DNA of 64,000 nucleotides from Methanoregula sp. (GCA_030694985.1 JAUYTV010000017.1:3747-67746), one strand, 5' to 3'; counted from the first letter of the stretch, positions 50,130 to 60,640 are shown. Program-made: numbers and translations. The notes: a model not told the origin generated them from the sequence alone.

Positions 50130-50214
50130 TGCGAGGGATGGGATTCGAACCCAAGAACTCCTGCGAGACCAGGCCCTGAACCTGGCGCCGTTGACCTGGC
50201 TTGGCTACCCTCGC
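50130..50214 (-). tRNA. tRNA-Leu(CAG)
   Basis: GCGAGGG/CCCTCGC acceptor stem; CCAGG-TTCAGGG-CCTGG anticodon arm; long variable arm; GGTTCGAATCC T-arm. Confidence 0.97.
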
Positions 50215-50237
50215 GCCTGTATAGATTACGGTTGAAA

Positions 50238-50246
50238 TTAAATAAA
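50238..50246 (-). promoter_or_regulatory. candidate TATA box of tRNA-Leu
   Basis: TTTATTTAA on the minus strand, 24-32 nt upstream of the mature 5' end. Confidence 0.5.
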
Positions 50247-50257
50247 GATAGGGGTCT

Positions 50258-52120
50258 TTAAGCCTTTTTAGGGGCACCATTTTCATTAGATGCTTTTTTT
50301 AATTCCTGTTCACGGAGCTCTTTTCTCCGGATCTTTCCTGATATTGTCTTTGGTAAAGAATCAACAAACTCAATTACGCGGGGGTATTTGTACGGAGCAG
50401 TGACCTTCTTTACATGATTCTGAATTTCTTTAACCAGTGTTTCAGAGGGCTGGAATCCGGGTTTAAGGATGACAAATGCCTTGACAACCAGACCCCGGAT
50501 ATCATCAGGAGAACCGACAACAGCAGCTTCCTGTACCGAAGGGTGCTCAATAAGTGCACTCTCTACTTCAAAGGGTCCAATCCGGTAACCGGATGATTTG
50601 ATCACATCATCATCCCGGCCAATAAACCAGAGGTAACCGTCCTCGTCTTTGTAGGCTTTATCACCCGTGTAGTAATACCCGTTAACAAACGATTTTTTGT
50701 TCTCTTCAGGATTGTTAAGATATTCCTTAAACAATCCAACCGGGTGTGGATTTGTTTTGATCGCGATCCTTCCTTCTTCATGGAGGGGGACGGGTTTCCC
50801 CATGTCATCATGGAGTTCAACATGCCAGCCGGGTGAGGGTTTTCCCATGGAGCCGTATTTGGGAGTCATTCCGGGGAAGGTACCTACGCAGAGCACGGTT
50901 TCGGTCTGTCCGTATCCTTCGTAAATGGTCATGCCGGTTGCATCCTTCCAGGCTTTGATAACTTCCGGGTTTAACGGTTCACCGGCGCTTACGCAGTGAC
51001 GGAGCTCTGAAAAATCGAACTTATCGAGATCAGCTAATATCAGCATCCGGTAGATCGTTGGCGGGCAGCAGAATGTGGTGATACCATATTTTTCTATGAG
51101 CGGGAGAATCTCAGTTGCATTGAACCGGCTTCTTATGTCATAGACAAAGATTGCTGAACCTTCGATCCACTGGCCATAGAATTTTCCCCATGCACTCTTT
51201 GCCCATCCGGTATCTGAAAGCGTGAAGTGAAGATCATTTTTGCGCAGATCATGCCAGAACCGGGCAGTGACAATGTGTCCTAACGGATAGCTCTGGTCGT
51301 GCACCACCATCTTTGGCTCACCAGTAGTACCGGAAGTAAAGAAGATCACGAGTGGATCGGTGCTCCGGGTCTTTTTCATGCTGGGCAGATTAACAATTTT
51401 TGCCGACACTGGTGCAGGGTAATCAAGTTCGGTGCGATAATTGATCCAGCCCTGGCGTTTGCCATCAATCAAAACTTTACAAGAGAGAGACGGGCAGTCC
51501 TTTGCGATCTCTTCAATCTTGTCGGCCTGCTCTTCCATGGTGATGACCATTTTAATATCAGCGATATTAATCCGGTATTTCAGATCCTTTGGAGTGAGCA
51601 TTGTAGGAGCGGGACAGTACACTGCACCACGTTTGATAAGACCGAGGGTAAAAGTCCACCACTCAGGAACCCGTGGCAGCATGATAAGAACACGGTCTCC
51701 CTTACTCACACCATACTTGATCATGATATTTACGATCTGGTTCGAGAGTCGCATCAGATCCCAGAACGTGAAAGTCTTTTCTTTACCTTCCTGGTCAACC
51801 CAGAGCATAGCAAGTTTGTTCCGGTCCTTGTTAGCCCACGCATCGATCACATCAAAACCAAAGTTGAAATATTCAGGTACTTCAATGGCAAATTTCCTGA
51901 ACATTTCATCGTAATCCGGCATATTATGATCTCCAGGACCAAAGACTGGGCCGGCTGACGGCAGGGTAGTTGCACCAATCCTGTCAACTCCCGTACTTTT
52001 GGTGAGATGTGTGGTGCATGCCTCATTTACGAATTCGGAACGGGAAATTTTACGCTTCTCACACGATTTATCAATGCTTTTTGCAAGTGAATCGTCCATA
52101 GTGACAGAATACCGCACCAT
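50258..52120 (-). CDS. acyl-CoA synthetase (AMP-forming) with an N-terminal ribbon-helix-helix domain
   Basis: RHH pattern RYSVTMDDSL..SRSEFVNEA; FTSGTTGEPK, YEGYGQTE, YYTGD, SSGYRIGPFEVE, PKTISGKI. Confidence 0.92.
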   Translation of the reverse strand: MVRYSVTMDDSLAKSIDKSCEKRKISRSEFVNEACTTHLTKSTGVDRIGATTLPSAGPVFGPGDHNMPDYDEMFRKFAIEVPEYFNFGFDVIDAWANKDRNKLAMLWVDQEGKEKTFTFWDLMRLSNQIVNIMIKYGVSKGDRVLIMLPRVPEWWTFTLGLIKRGAVYCPAPTMLTPKDLKYRINIADIKMVITMEEQADKIEEIAKDCPSLSCKVLIDGKRQGWINYRTELDYPAPVSAKIVNLPSMKKTRSTDPLVIFFTSGTTGEPKMVVHDQSYPLGHIVTARFWHDLRKNDLHFTLSDTGWAKSAWGKFYGQWIEGSAIFVYDIRSRFNATEILPLIEKYGITTFCCPPTIYRMLILADLDKFDFSELRHCVSAGEPLNPEVIKAWKDATGMTIYEGYGQTETVLCVGTFPGMTPKYGSMGKPSPGWHVELHDDMGKPVPLHEEGRIAIKTNPHPVGLFKEYLNNPEENKKSFVNGYYYTGDKAYKDEDGYLWFIGRDDDVIKSSGYRIGPFEVESALIEHPSVQEAAVVGSPDDIRGLVVKAFVILKPGFQPSETLVKEIQNHVKKVTAPYKYPRVIEFVDSLPKTISGKIRRKELREQELKKASNENGAPKKA

Positions 52121-52288
52121 ACAGAATCGTTTAGTGGTGCAGAAGAAGAGGGTTTCGATTTATTTTGCACCACCCCCCGTTTGGAACTCCTGCAGAGTAA
52201 TGTGATATTATGAAACCGGATAAGAAGATATCAAAAAAAATGGGAGGATTTTTTTTTTAACTGAATCTCAAACATTGAACAAAAAAAC

Positions 52289-53635
52289 CTACTCTTCAGA
52301 CCGATTTCCTAATATGGAACGATATGTTCCCTGCGGTGCATGGATAATAAACCGGGCACCTTTGCCAAATGTTCCGTTTTCTGTGATGGTCAGCTTGGTG
52401 ATCGCAAGGATTTCCCGGGTTAAAAAGAGACCAAAGCCGGTATGTTTGAAAAACTCTCTCCTGAAGATCCTCTCTTTGGCATTATGCGGAATACCTGCAC
52501 CATTGTCTTTGATGATGATGTCGATGCCGTCACTGACAGACTCTGACAGGATCTCTATCTCACTCACCCGTTCACCGTGTCGAATGGAATTTTCAATCAG
52601 ATTGTAAAACACTTTTTCAAGTAATGGATCTGCATAAACTTCAATGGCTGCGAGATGCACTGTAACCCTGGTATGATGAATATCAAGAGTTGCCAGCGCA
52701 AGTGAAATGGTTTCAGCAACATTTTGCCATTGTGGGGAGTGAACACCAATATTCTGGTAGTCCCTGGTGAACAGGATCTGGTTTCTTATGGCATTTGCGG
52801 CAATTTCTTCCTTGGTTACATACGTCATTAACAGGGGATCTTTTATATCATCTTTTGAGAGTTCAAGATACCCGATGAGTGCGGTGAGCTGGTTGAGGAT
52901 ATCGTGACGGGTAATGTTGTTGAGCAGGTTAAGTTTCCGGTTTGCAACAATGAGTGAATCCTGTGCCTGTTTTTGTTCGGTAATATCTACAACCGTACAA
53001 TAAATTGCCGGCTCAGCGCAATCTGTGGCAGATACCAGTGCCCAGCGTTTATTGCCGTCAGCACAGGTAAATTTTATCTCAATATCTCCAATCCTTTGCT
53101 TATCGCGCACTTTTGAAAGAAACAATTCCCGATCAGGAGCTTCAGTAATGAGCTCAGGTAGCGTCTTTAACAGCAACACATCTCTGTCAAAACCAATTAA
53201 CTGTGAAAATTTTAAGTTGGGATCCCGGATAAGCAGGCTATCCCGGTCATAACTAAAAGCCCCTGCCTGTGAATTGAAAAATGAACCGCAGCTCCTGTCC
53301 CCCTCTTTCCGGTATTCCCTGGAATATGTTGATATCAGCACTCCGATGGAAACAAAAATAAAAAACCACACGGTTGCTCTGGCAAATATACCGGTATCCG
53401 GAAGACCGAGAGCATATACAAGACCGATATAAAGCCACCCGACAAAAACGGTGACAAATATGCTGATCTTGGGCCGGGTATATGCAATGAGCACTACCGG
53501 AATAAGGTAAAAGTAAGGAAATACATCATAAATTCCACGGGAAATCGAGATGTAAGTAATAACTATAGACGCAATAACACTGAGTGCGATAAAAATATCA
53601 TAGACAAATTTCTTTTCTTTACTGATTGGACGCAT
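52289..53635 (-). CDS. membrane-anchored PAS histidine kinase
   Basis: About four N-terminal TM helices; PAS; NITRHDILNQL; NLIENS, DNGAGI, HTGFGL. Confidence 0.92.
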   Translation of the reverse strand: MRPISKEKKFVYDIFIALSVIASIVITYISISRGIYDVFPYFYLIPVVLIAYTRPKISIFVTVFVGWLYIGLVYALGLPDTGIFARATVWFFIFVSIGVLISTYSREYRKEGDRSCGSFFNSQAGAFSYDRDSLLIRDPNLKFSQLIGFDRDVLLLKTLPELITEAPDRELFLSKVRDKQRIGDIEIKFTCADGNKRWALVSATDCAEPAIYCTVVDITEQKQAQDSLIVANRKLNLLNNITRHDILNQLTALIGYLELSKDDIKDPLLMTYVTKEEIAANAIRNQILFTRDYQNIGVHSPQWQNVAETISLALATLDIHHTRVTVHLAAIEVYADPLLEKVFYNLIENSIRHGERVSEIEILSESVSDGIDIIIKDNGAGIPHNAKERIFRREFFKHTGFGLFLTREILAITKLTITENGTFGKGARFIIHAPQGTYRSILGNRSEE

Positions 53636-53786
53636 TTTTTCTTTGCCTCTTACGTTATTTTGTTATTTTTAGATATTTACGGCAATCTGGCGTTAATATA
53701 GTGAGTTGTAGTTGTGCAATATAAAATTATGGTGGTTAAAAGAAAATGAAGGATTGCTTTTTATTTTAGAATCCGGAACAAAAATG

Positions 53787-54341
53787 TCAGGAAATATATC
53801 CCAACAGAAGTTCCAGTGCCTCAAGTTCTTGTTTTCCTCCGCACTTTTTGATAATGCCCGCATGATAATCGATCTGTTTTTTTAATTCAGGATCCCGGTT
53901 CATCACATATCTCGTGGCATGAACCGTTGCATCAATAATATTGTTAAAACCGCGATTTACCGGGTGCAAAGAAACTTTTTCAATAATCTCCTTTTCAAGC
54001 GTTAAGGTCACCATCAGAGCTCCAGCCGTCTTTTTTTCAATGGTGGTTGTAAATGCCGCCCATGCATCAGAGTCTTTTAACCTGTGCATCGTTCTGCCAT
54101 TGATCGTTTCTTTTAAAAAAGCATCATGGGAGAGATCTTCAAAGGCCGTTTTTACGTACAGGATCGGATCATACACAAAATTTGCCACCAGCCAACCATT
54201 TTTTTCAATATTTTTTGCTGTGTGGCTGCCGGAAAATAAGACCATCCTCGCTACTCCCTCTCTAAAAATTATACCCATGGGTGCAGCATTGAACTCTGTT
54301 GTTGCAATAACTTCGTTGATACCCGGTTTTAAGAGTCCCAT
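53787..54341 (-). CDS. DUF447-family protein (split-barrel)
   Basis: EVIATT..NAAPMGI..GSHT..N; NRGFNNIIDATVHATR. Confidence 0.85.
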   Translation of the reverse strand: MGLLKPGINEVIATTEFNAAPMGIIFREGVARMVLFSGSHTAKNIEKNGWLVANFVYDPILYVKTAFEDLSHDAFLKETINGRTMHRLKDSDAWAAFTTTIEKKTAGALMVTLTLEKEIIEKVSLHPVNRGFNNIIDATVHATRYVMNRDPELKKQIDYHAGIIKKCGGKQELEALELLLGYIS

Positions 54342-55135
54342 TGCCAACCCTCACCAAGTGCTATAAAGATTGCCGCTATGGTGATATCGGCAATTGAACC
54401 GGGATTGATGTTCTTATCAATGCAGTCCTGGTCAAAATTTTCTAAAGTCTCATTCCCATCGAGCACTTCACGGGCTTTTCTCATGATCTCCAGTGCTATA
54501 GGAACCCCGTGCTTTTTTATAATGAATGTATCTGGTTCCTGGGCAAGAAGCGTAATGAACATCTGGACAATTGCCTGCCGTCCCGTTCCAGATTGTTTGA
54601 GCAGATCTGCACCGCGACGGGTTAAAGGAAATCCCGTTATCCATTCTCGTGCCACCATGTCGTTTGCAGCGGAATGCTGCATGACATCGAGAAGTGTCAT
54701 TTCACGTTCCCGTAACACAGCAAGCGATTTTGGATCATTCACATCCAGTTCATCTCCAGAACAGGTGTGGACTTTTGTTAAGCCAAATGCCCGGTAAAAA
54801 GCAACTGCATCGGAGGTATCTGTTCGCTCAATCGCTTTCATTGCCCCTTCAATGGAACGACCGTATATCAGGGGAATTAAGAGGATGAATGCACCAAAGT
54901 GAGTGTTTCCCCCTTTGTGACAACTGGTCTGCTCGACAGCATGCCGTATGATCTCCCCAATCCGTCCCTTTCCCGTCTCTGCCTCCTCAAGCGCCGGGCG
55001 TGCAAAGATAGTGGATGCTAAAAAATGTTCAAAACGTGTTTCAGGATAATCATGGCAGCGATCAACATTGCCGGGTTTTGGAAATGCGCAGACTTCCAGC
55101 ATCATGGCAAGCTGGGCCTGTTCAGCTGCTTTCAT
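54329..55135 (-). CDS. citG: CitG-like triphosphoribosyl-dephospho-CoA synthase family protein
   Basis: LEV..PKPGNV, GGNTHFG, DTFIIKKHG, NPGSIAD. Confidence 0.85.
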   Translation of the reverse strand: MKAAEQAQLAMMLEVCAFPKPGNVDRCHDYPETRFEHFLASTIFARPALEEAETGKGRIGEIIRHAVEQTSCHKGGNTHFGAFILLIPLIYGRSIEGAMKAIERTDTSDAVAFYRAFGLTKVHTCSGDELDVNDPKSLAVLREREMTLLDVMQHSAANDMVAREWITGFPLTRRGADLLKQSGTGRQAIVQMFITLLAQEPDTFIIKKHGVPIALEIMRKAREVLDGNETLENFDQDCIDKNINPGSIADITIAAIFIALGEGWQWDS

Positions 55136-56261
55136 CAGAAGGCATGTCATGAAAAACACCGCACATCAATGTATCAGAGAGATCACGCTTGAGACGCATA
55201 TATTCTTTCTTTGATAATCCTTCCTGCTTTAGGGTCATATCCCGAAACATGCAGGGCGATGAAGTCTTGCAGCACCAGGCAAGACTGCCAAAACAGGTCT
55301 GCTTTCCGTTTTCAAGAGGCACACCTTTTACAGCTTCTTGTTTCATGTGAATGTAATTTTCTTTTGTTATTCCCATGCGAGACAATGTCGGGATGAGGGG
55401 GCACTCTTTTACCGGCATGCAGCAGAATGCCAGTGCACGGATATCTCCCCCGCGACACAGCTGCTTGGGTGCATTGTACCATCCCTCTTCATCCGCATAG
55501 CGGGTAATGGCTGCATCAAGACCCGATAGGGTACGAATATCTGACTGCCGTGCAAGTGAAACCATATCTGCTCCATGTGAGAGCATATCCTTCATCTTAT
55601 CAAAACCGGTTATGGAATTATTGGCAATCAGCATCATTGGACAACTGTTCCGTATCTGCCGGAGTTTTGCAGAGCCAAAGTCCATGAGATCGATATGCAG
55701 AATATCTGCACCGGCAGCCCAGAGTTTTATTGCAAGTTGACGATCATCAGCAGCAACCCCAGCCCGGATTTTAACCGAGACCGTTACACCCTCTTTTTTT
55801 AGCGCCCTGACAACCGTTTCAAGTTCACCTGCATTTTTTAAGTAGTGTTCTCCACATCCTGCGGCAATCATTTCGGGCTGACGGCAATGAGCATCGATCT
55901 CATACACAACCCTGTCACCAATTACACGTGCCAGATTTCTGAAAGATTCCGGTGCGCTTCCACGCAGATTTATCCCCAGAATGACATTGTTTTTTTCCAT
56001 CATTGCGATCTGTTTTGTCAATTCTTTGACTGGATCTTCGTATAGGAATTCCCTGCGATCTCCTTTGGCAGCTATGCTCTTTGCCGCATCCATAGTCTTC
56101 TGATCGATCGAATATCCGCCAATTAAAGCAAAGCCGATATGTGCGCTTCGTTCAATCGCATAGGATGCATCTACAATGCCAGCCATGGATGCAATTCCCA
56201 CAGGTGTCTTAACAACCCGATCATTGATGAGCAGCCCGAAACGCTCAAATGCATCCATCAT
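55122..56261 (-). CDS. methanogenesis marker 9 domain protein (FMN TIM-barrel plus Cys-rich C-terminal domain)
   Basis: ASMAGIVD, EIDAHCRQ, SVKIRAG, IANNS; CRGGD.R.LAFCCMP.K.CP..CFGSLAWCCK..PCMFRD; start placed at ATG 56261. Confidence 0.85.
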   Translation of the reverse strand: MMDAFERFGLLINDRVVKTPVGIASMAGIVDASYAIERSAHIGFALIGGYSIDQKTMDAAKSIAAKGDRREFLYEDPVKELTKQIAMMEKNNVILGINLRGSAPESFRNLARVIGDRVVYEIDAHCRQPEMIAAGCGEHYLKNAGELETVVRALKKEGVTVSVKIRAGVAADDRQLAIKLWAAGADILHIDLMDFGSAKLRQIRNSCPMMLIANNSITGFDKMKDMLSHGADMVSLARQSDIRTLSGLDAAITRYADEEGWYNAPKQLCRGGDIRALAFCCMPVKECPLIPTLSRMGITKENYIHMKQEAVKGVPLENGKQTCFGSLAWCCKTSSPCMFRDMTLKQEGLSKKEYMRLKRDLSDTLMCGVFHDMPSDESS

Positions 56262-56564
56262 GAGTTCATATCCGTTGAAGCTTATCTGACTAATTACTTT
56301 GCATGGTATTTTGCAAATATCAAAGGAATTTTTTAAAATTTTCTGATTGTGTAAAAAATCTGCACTGTTTTTTCTTTTGCCACAGGCGATGTGAAATGTA
56401 TCTGCGCTGATAAATGAATGTGTGGGGTTAGTGCTACGAATCACTGATCAATAGCGATAAAAATTATTACTATCAGTACACATTTTTCATACAGGTATAA
56501 AGTATAGGGATCCAAACAACCGGACCTTATAAAAATACACCTAAAAAAAATTGAGGTTATAGAC

Positions 56565-56966
56565 ATGGGTAAGAAGGGAATGTTACTCGTAGGGCATGGA
56601 AGCACTATGCCTTACAATCAGGATCTTGTAGAGAAGACTGCCGCTATGATTAAGGCAGGCAATACGGATTTTATTGTAAAATGTGGTTTTATGAATATGA
56701 ATAAACCCACAATCAAGGAATCTCTCAATGAGTTCCGGCATGAACCCATTGATGCACTTGTTGTTGTCCCATTGTTCCTTGCAAGGGGCGTTCACATTGA
56801 AAAAGATATCCCCGGGGAGATCGGGTTGCCTGAAGGCATCAAGAAAGGAAGCTTTGCAATGAATGGAAAGTCGATTCCACTTATGTACGCAGACCCGATT
56901 GGTAGTGATCCCCTGCTTGCCGATCTGATGGTCAAGAATGCAACAAAAGCACTCTCAAACCTCTAA
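56565..56966 (+). CDS. cfbA: sirohydrochlorin nickel chelatase
   Basis: LLVGHGS, VVPLFLARGVHIEKDIP, YADPIG; first gene of the cfb cluster. Confidence 0.92.
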   Translation: MGKKGMLLVGHGSTMPYNQDLVEKTAAMIKAGNTDFIVKCGFMNMNKPTIKESLNEFRHEPIDALVVVPLFLARGVHIEKDIPGEIGLPEGIKKGSFAMNGKSIPLMYADPIGSDPLLADLMVKNATKALSNL

Positions 56967-56973
56967 CTTTTTT

Positions 56974-58191
56974 ATGCATATCCTGGTACTGGATACAATC
57001 CACGGCGGTAAAGAAATCGGCGACACCTATGCAGATGCAGGTAATGTTGTTGATGTAGTGGATGTATATACCGGTACCACTCCGGAAACTCTTAAGAACT
57101 CCAAAAGCCGGACCTACGATCTGATCGTTGCACCGGTTCACATGGATCCGGACCACATCCTCCTTTCAAACCGTAACACTCTTATCATCACCCATCATGA
57201 GGCAGTGCGCCGGTTGCTTGGAGAAAAACTCCCCGTTCCGATGATTGAGATCACCGGGTCAAGAGGAAAGACCACCACCGCATACGCACTTGCCCATATC
57301 CTGAAAGGAAATGGTGTGCTGCACACTTCGGCTGGAACCTATGCATACCCGTCAAAAAATCTTCTCTGGAAGCGGAGTATCACTCCTGCATCAGTTCTTA
57401 CAGCAGCAAGATATGCCAACAAGCATTCGGGCTGGCTGGTAGCAGAGTGCTCTCTTGGGGTTACCGGAGCCGGGGATCTTGCCATCATTACCTCAGCAGA
57501 GGATTACTCCTTTGCTGCCGGAAAAAAGCGTGCGATAAAAGAAAAGATTGCTTCTTTAGCACATGCAAAACGGATCCTTGTTGCTGAGGGGATATCCTGT
57601 GAATACGGAAATGTTGTGCACATTGAAGATATTGCCCGGTGCAATGGTATGAACTGCACAGTTGGACTGGATGGAAATTATTATCACCTGACAAATCCAC
57701 TTTTCAGTCTGCCTCCCTACCGCACTCCCCTCATGCTCGCTGCAGCAGCCGCACTGATGCTCAATGCAGATCCAACACCGCTTGATAATTTTACAGCGCT
57801 TCCTGGCAGGCTGTCAGTCAGTTATGAGAAAGAACTCATCATTGTAGACAATGCAAACAGCGGCACAAATATCGCAACAACGGAATGTGCCGTTCGGTAT
57901 GCACGGCATTTGTCCGGTTCAAGAGAACTGACACTTGTGATCGGACAAGTGGAGGGCGATGGTGCAGTCTGTGAAGGTTTCTCATATGACCAGATCATCT
58001 CTGCAATTGAGAAGGTAAGTCCCACAAAAGTGATCTGGGTGGGACGGATTCCGGATACGGGTTTAAAAAGTAACCTGTTGGTTAAGGATAGTATCGATGT
58101 TCACTGCACGACACTTGAGGAAGGCCGAAAAGCTGCTGTAGAAAAAACCAACAAAGGATCGATTGTTCTAGCTGTAAAAACCTGGAGATGA
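56974..58191 (+). CDS. cfbE: coenzyme F430 synthetase (Mur-ligase fold)
   Basis: VLDTIHGG, APVH, EITGSRGKTTT, DNANSG. Confidence 0.9.
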   Translation: MHILVLDTIHGGKEIGDTYADAGNVVDVVDVYTGTTPETLKNSKSRTYDLIVAPVHMDPDHILLSNRNTLIITHHEAVRRLLGEKLPVPMIEITGSRGKTTTAYALAHILKGNGVLHTSAGTYAYPSKNLLWKRSITPASVLTAARYANKHSGWLVAECSLGVTGAGDLAIITSAEDYSFAAGKKRAIKEKIASLAHAKRILVAEGISCEYGNVVHIEDIARCNGMNCTVGLDGNYYHLTNPLFSLPPYRTPLMLAAAAALMLNADPTPLDNFTALPGRLSVSYEKELIIVDNANSGTNIATTECAVRYARHLSGSRELTLVIGQVEGDGAVCEGFSYDQIISAIEKVSPTKVIWVGRIPDTGLKSNLLVKDSIDVHCTTLEEGRKAAVEKTNKGSIVLAVKTWR

Positions 58192-59261
58192 TAATGATGA
58201 AATACATGCACCCCCGCCCCAGTTCGATCGTAGCTGCTCTCTATACTGCCCGCGATCTTGAAGTCGATGTCGCGATCCTGCACGGCCCGTCTGGCTGTTC
58301 ATTTAAGCATGCCCGCCTTTTAGAAGAAGATGGTATACGGGTGCTCACCACGTCTCTTGCGGACAATGAATTTATTTTCGGGGGGCAGGCATCGCTTGAG
58401 AATGTGCTGCGATATGCTGAGGATCACTTCTCTCCAAAAAAGATGATAGTGGTTGGAACCTGCGTTTCTATGATCATTGGAGAAGACCTGCAGTCGGCTA
58501 TTAATGGTGCGGGTATCACAACACCGACGATTGCAGTCGACATCCATGCAGGATTTCTTGAAAATATCGCAGGCGTACTTGCAACGCTTGAAGCTGCCCA
58601 GCTGGCTGGCTGGATAAGTGAAGAGGAATTAATCCGGCAGCAGTTCCTGATGCAGAAAGCCAACGAAGTAGAGAGACTCAGGGGCGCTGCCTGCAAATCG
58701 TACATTGAACCTTCCCGCGGGGATTTGAAACATGTAGCGGCAGAGCAACTGCGACAATTCGCACGGAGCGGGGCAAAAGGAGTTGCGATTATGAACGCAA
58801 AGAAAGAAACGGCGTACATGTTTGCCGATGAACTGATCGCACTTTACGACTGTTGCCCTCATGCAGATATCACGTATATTGCCAATCTTGACCAGCGCGG
58901 ACTTCCCAAAGTGCGGGCGGATGCAAAGCGGATTCTTGTTGAAATGATGAGCCGCGGTCTGAAGATTGAAGTGATCGGTGCGCTTGACGAGTACGGCGCT
59001 AATGGCGATATCCTCGGAAAGCGTTTACGCGAGATCGCACCGTCCTTTGCATTGATAACCGGTGTCCCTCATGCGATTCCCATGGAGTATACCAAGGGTA
59101 TTGAGTGCTTTTCGATCACAAACGGTCCCCGTCAGGTAGAACCATTAAAAGATCTCGGCCACCAGCATGTGATGGTTGAGATCGACCTCCACCCAAAGAC
59201 GCTGGGAGTCCGAGAAATTGTAAAAAGCGAATTCGGGGCGGTTCTAAGGAGTTTACAATGA
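58188..59261 (+). CDS. cfbD: Ni-sirohydrochlorin a,c-diamide reductive cyclase catalytic subunit (NifD-like)
   Basis: HPRPSSIVAALY, HGPSGCSFKHARLLEEDG, GTCVSMIIGED. Confidence 0.95.
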   Translation: MIMMKYMHPRPSSIVAALYTARDLEVDVAILHGPSGCSFKHARLLEEDGIRVLTTSLADNEFIFGGQASLENVLRYAEDHFSPKKMIVVGTCVSMIIGEDLQSAINGAGITTPTIAVDIHAGFLENIAGVLATLEAAQLAGWISEEELIRQQFLMQKANEVERLRGAACKSYIEPSRGDLKHVAAEQLRQFARSGAKGVAIMNAKKETAYMFADELIALYDCCPHADITYIANLDQRGLPKVRADAKRILVEMMSRGLKIEVIGALDEYGANGDILGKRLREIAPSFALITGVPHAIPMEYTKGIECFSITNGPRQVEPLKDLGHQHVMVEIDLHPKTLGVREIVKSEFGAVLRSLQ

Positions 59262-60640
59262 AACAGATCCTCATCACCGGTGATCGATCCGGAAGCGGCA
59301 AGACAAGTATCACACTTGCCCTTACTGCGCTTCTGGCAAAAAAATTCCAGGTCCAGACATTCAAAGTAGGAATGGACTATATCGATCCTTCCTATCTTGC
59401 GGCAGCATCCGGCCGACCGTGCCGGAACCTGGATAGTTTCGCTCTCTCAAACGACCAGATACATGAAATTTTTTCTTATGGTTGTCGCGGTGCGGATATT
59501 GCCATTGTCGAAGGTGTCAGAGGTTTGTATGAGGGAGCAGAAGCCTTAACCGATGTGGGAAGCACCGCAGCGATTGCAAAAGAACTTGATCTTCCGGTAA
59601 TTCTTGTGGTCTCTGCACAGAGCATCACCCGCAGTGCAGCAGCTCTTGTAAAAGGTTTTGTAGCATTTGATCCGAAAATAAAGATTGTGGGTGTAATCCT
59701 TAACAATGTGAAAGGCGGCTCTCACAAGGCAAAAGCAGTTGCTGCCATTGAGCACTATTGCGGGGTACCGGTCATTGGCGCAATTCCAAGGATGGATGAG
59801 ATGCAGCTGACCATGCGTCACCTGGGACTGGTGCCCTACCGGGAGGGTGCCGGAAAAGGGGATTTCGATGAACGGATTCAGACAATTACAGATATGATCG
59901 GGCAGTACGTGGATCTTGAGCACCTGCTCTCATTAATGAAAGAAAGTAACGTTCCATTACAAGCTTCACCGTCATTTGACAGGACAATAGAACCGGATGT
60001 AAAGATTGGGGTAGCGTTCGATGAAGCCTTCAACTTCTATTATGCCGATCTCTTTGATGTGCTTTTGTCATTGGGAGCGGAACCGGTGATGTTCAGCCCT
60101 GTCCATGACCGCCTTCCTGAGGCAGACGGATATATCATTGGTGGCGGGTACCCGGAACTCTATGCCCGCGAACTGGAATCCAATCACGAGATGAGGGATG
60201 CAATCCGTAATGTGTCAAAGAACGGTACACCAATCTATGCCGAGTGCGGTGGACTCATGTATCTCACCGATCGCATTGTCTTAAGTGCCGGCTGGCAGGG
60301 GGCTTTAGTTGAACAGCGCTATGCAATGTGCGGGGTTTTTTCAGGAGAGACACGGATGCCTGCCCGCAGGGTCGTGAGTTATGTAACCGGAACGAGTGAT
60401 GCAAGTTCTCCTGTGGGCGCAGCACAATTCCATGGACATGAGTTTCACCATTCCCATGTGGAGCTGTCATCCGATACACGGTATGCGTACCGTCTTTCCC
60501 GCGGTATCGGTATCCGTGAAAATCTCGATGGGGCAGTGATTGACAACACGCTGGGCAGTTATACCCACCTGCACCCGGTAGGAAGTAAGGGTATGCTTAA
60601 ACACTTCATCAAAAAATGCCTAAAGAAAACCATATCCTGA
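59258..60640 (+). CDS. cfbB: Ni-sirohydrochlorin a,c-diamide synthase
   Basis: [48 protein letters not shown]; cluster context. Confidence 0.9.
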   Translation: MKQILITGDRSGSGKTSITLALTALLAKKFQVQTFKVGMDYIDPSYLAAASGRPCRNLDSFALSNDQIHEIFSYGCRGADIAIVEGVRGLYEGAEALTDVGSTAAIAKELDLPVILVVSAQSITRSAAALVKGFVAFDPKIKIVGVILNNVKGGSHKAKAVAAIEHYCGVPVIGAIPRMDEMQLTMRHLGLVPYREGAGKGDFDERIQTITDMIGQYVDLEHLLSLMKESNVPLQASPSFDRTIEPDVKIGVAFDEAFNFYYADLFDVLLSLGAEPVMFSPVHDRLPEADGYIIGGGYPELYARELESNHEMRDAIRNVSKNGTPIYAECGGLMYLTDRIVLSAGWQGALVEQRYAMCGVFSGETRMPARRVVSYVTGTSDASSPVGAAQFHGHEFHHSHVELSSDTRYAYRLSRGIGIRENLDGAVIDNTLGSYTHLHPVGSKGMLKHFIKKCLKKTIS

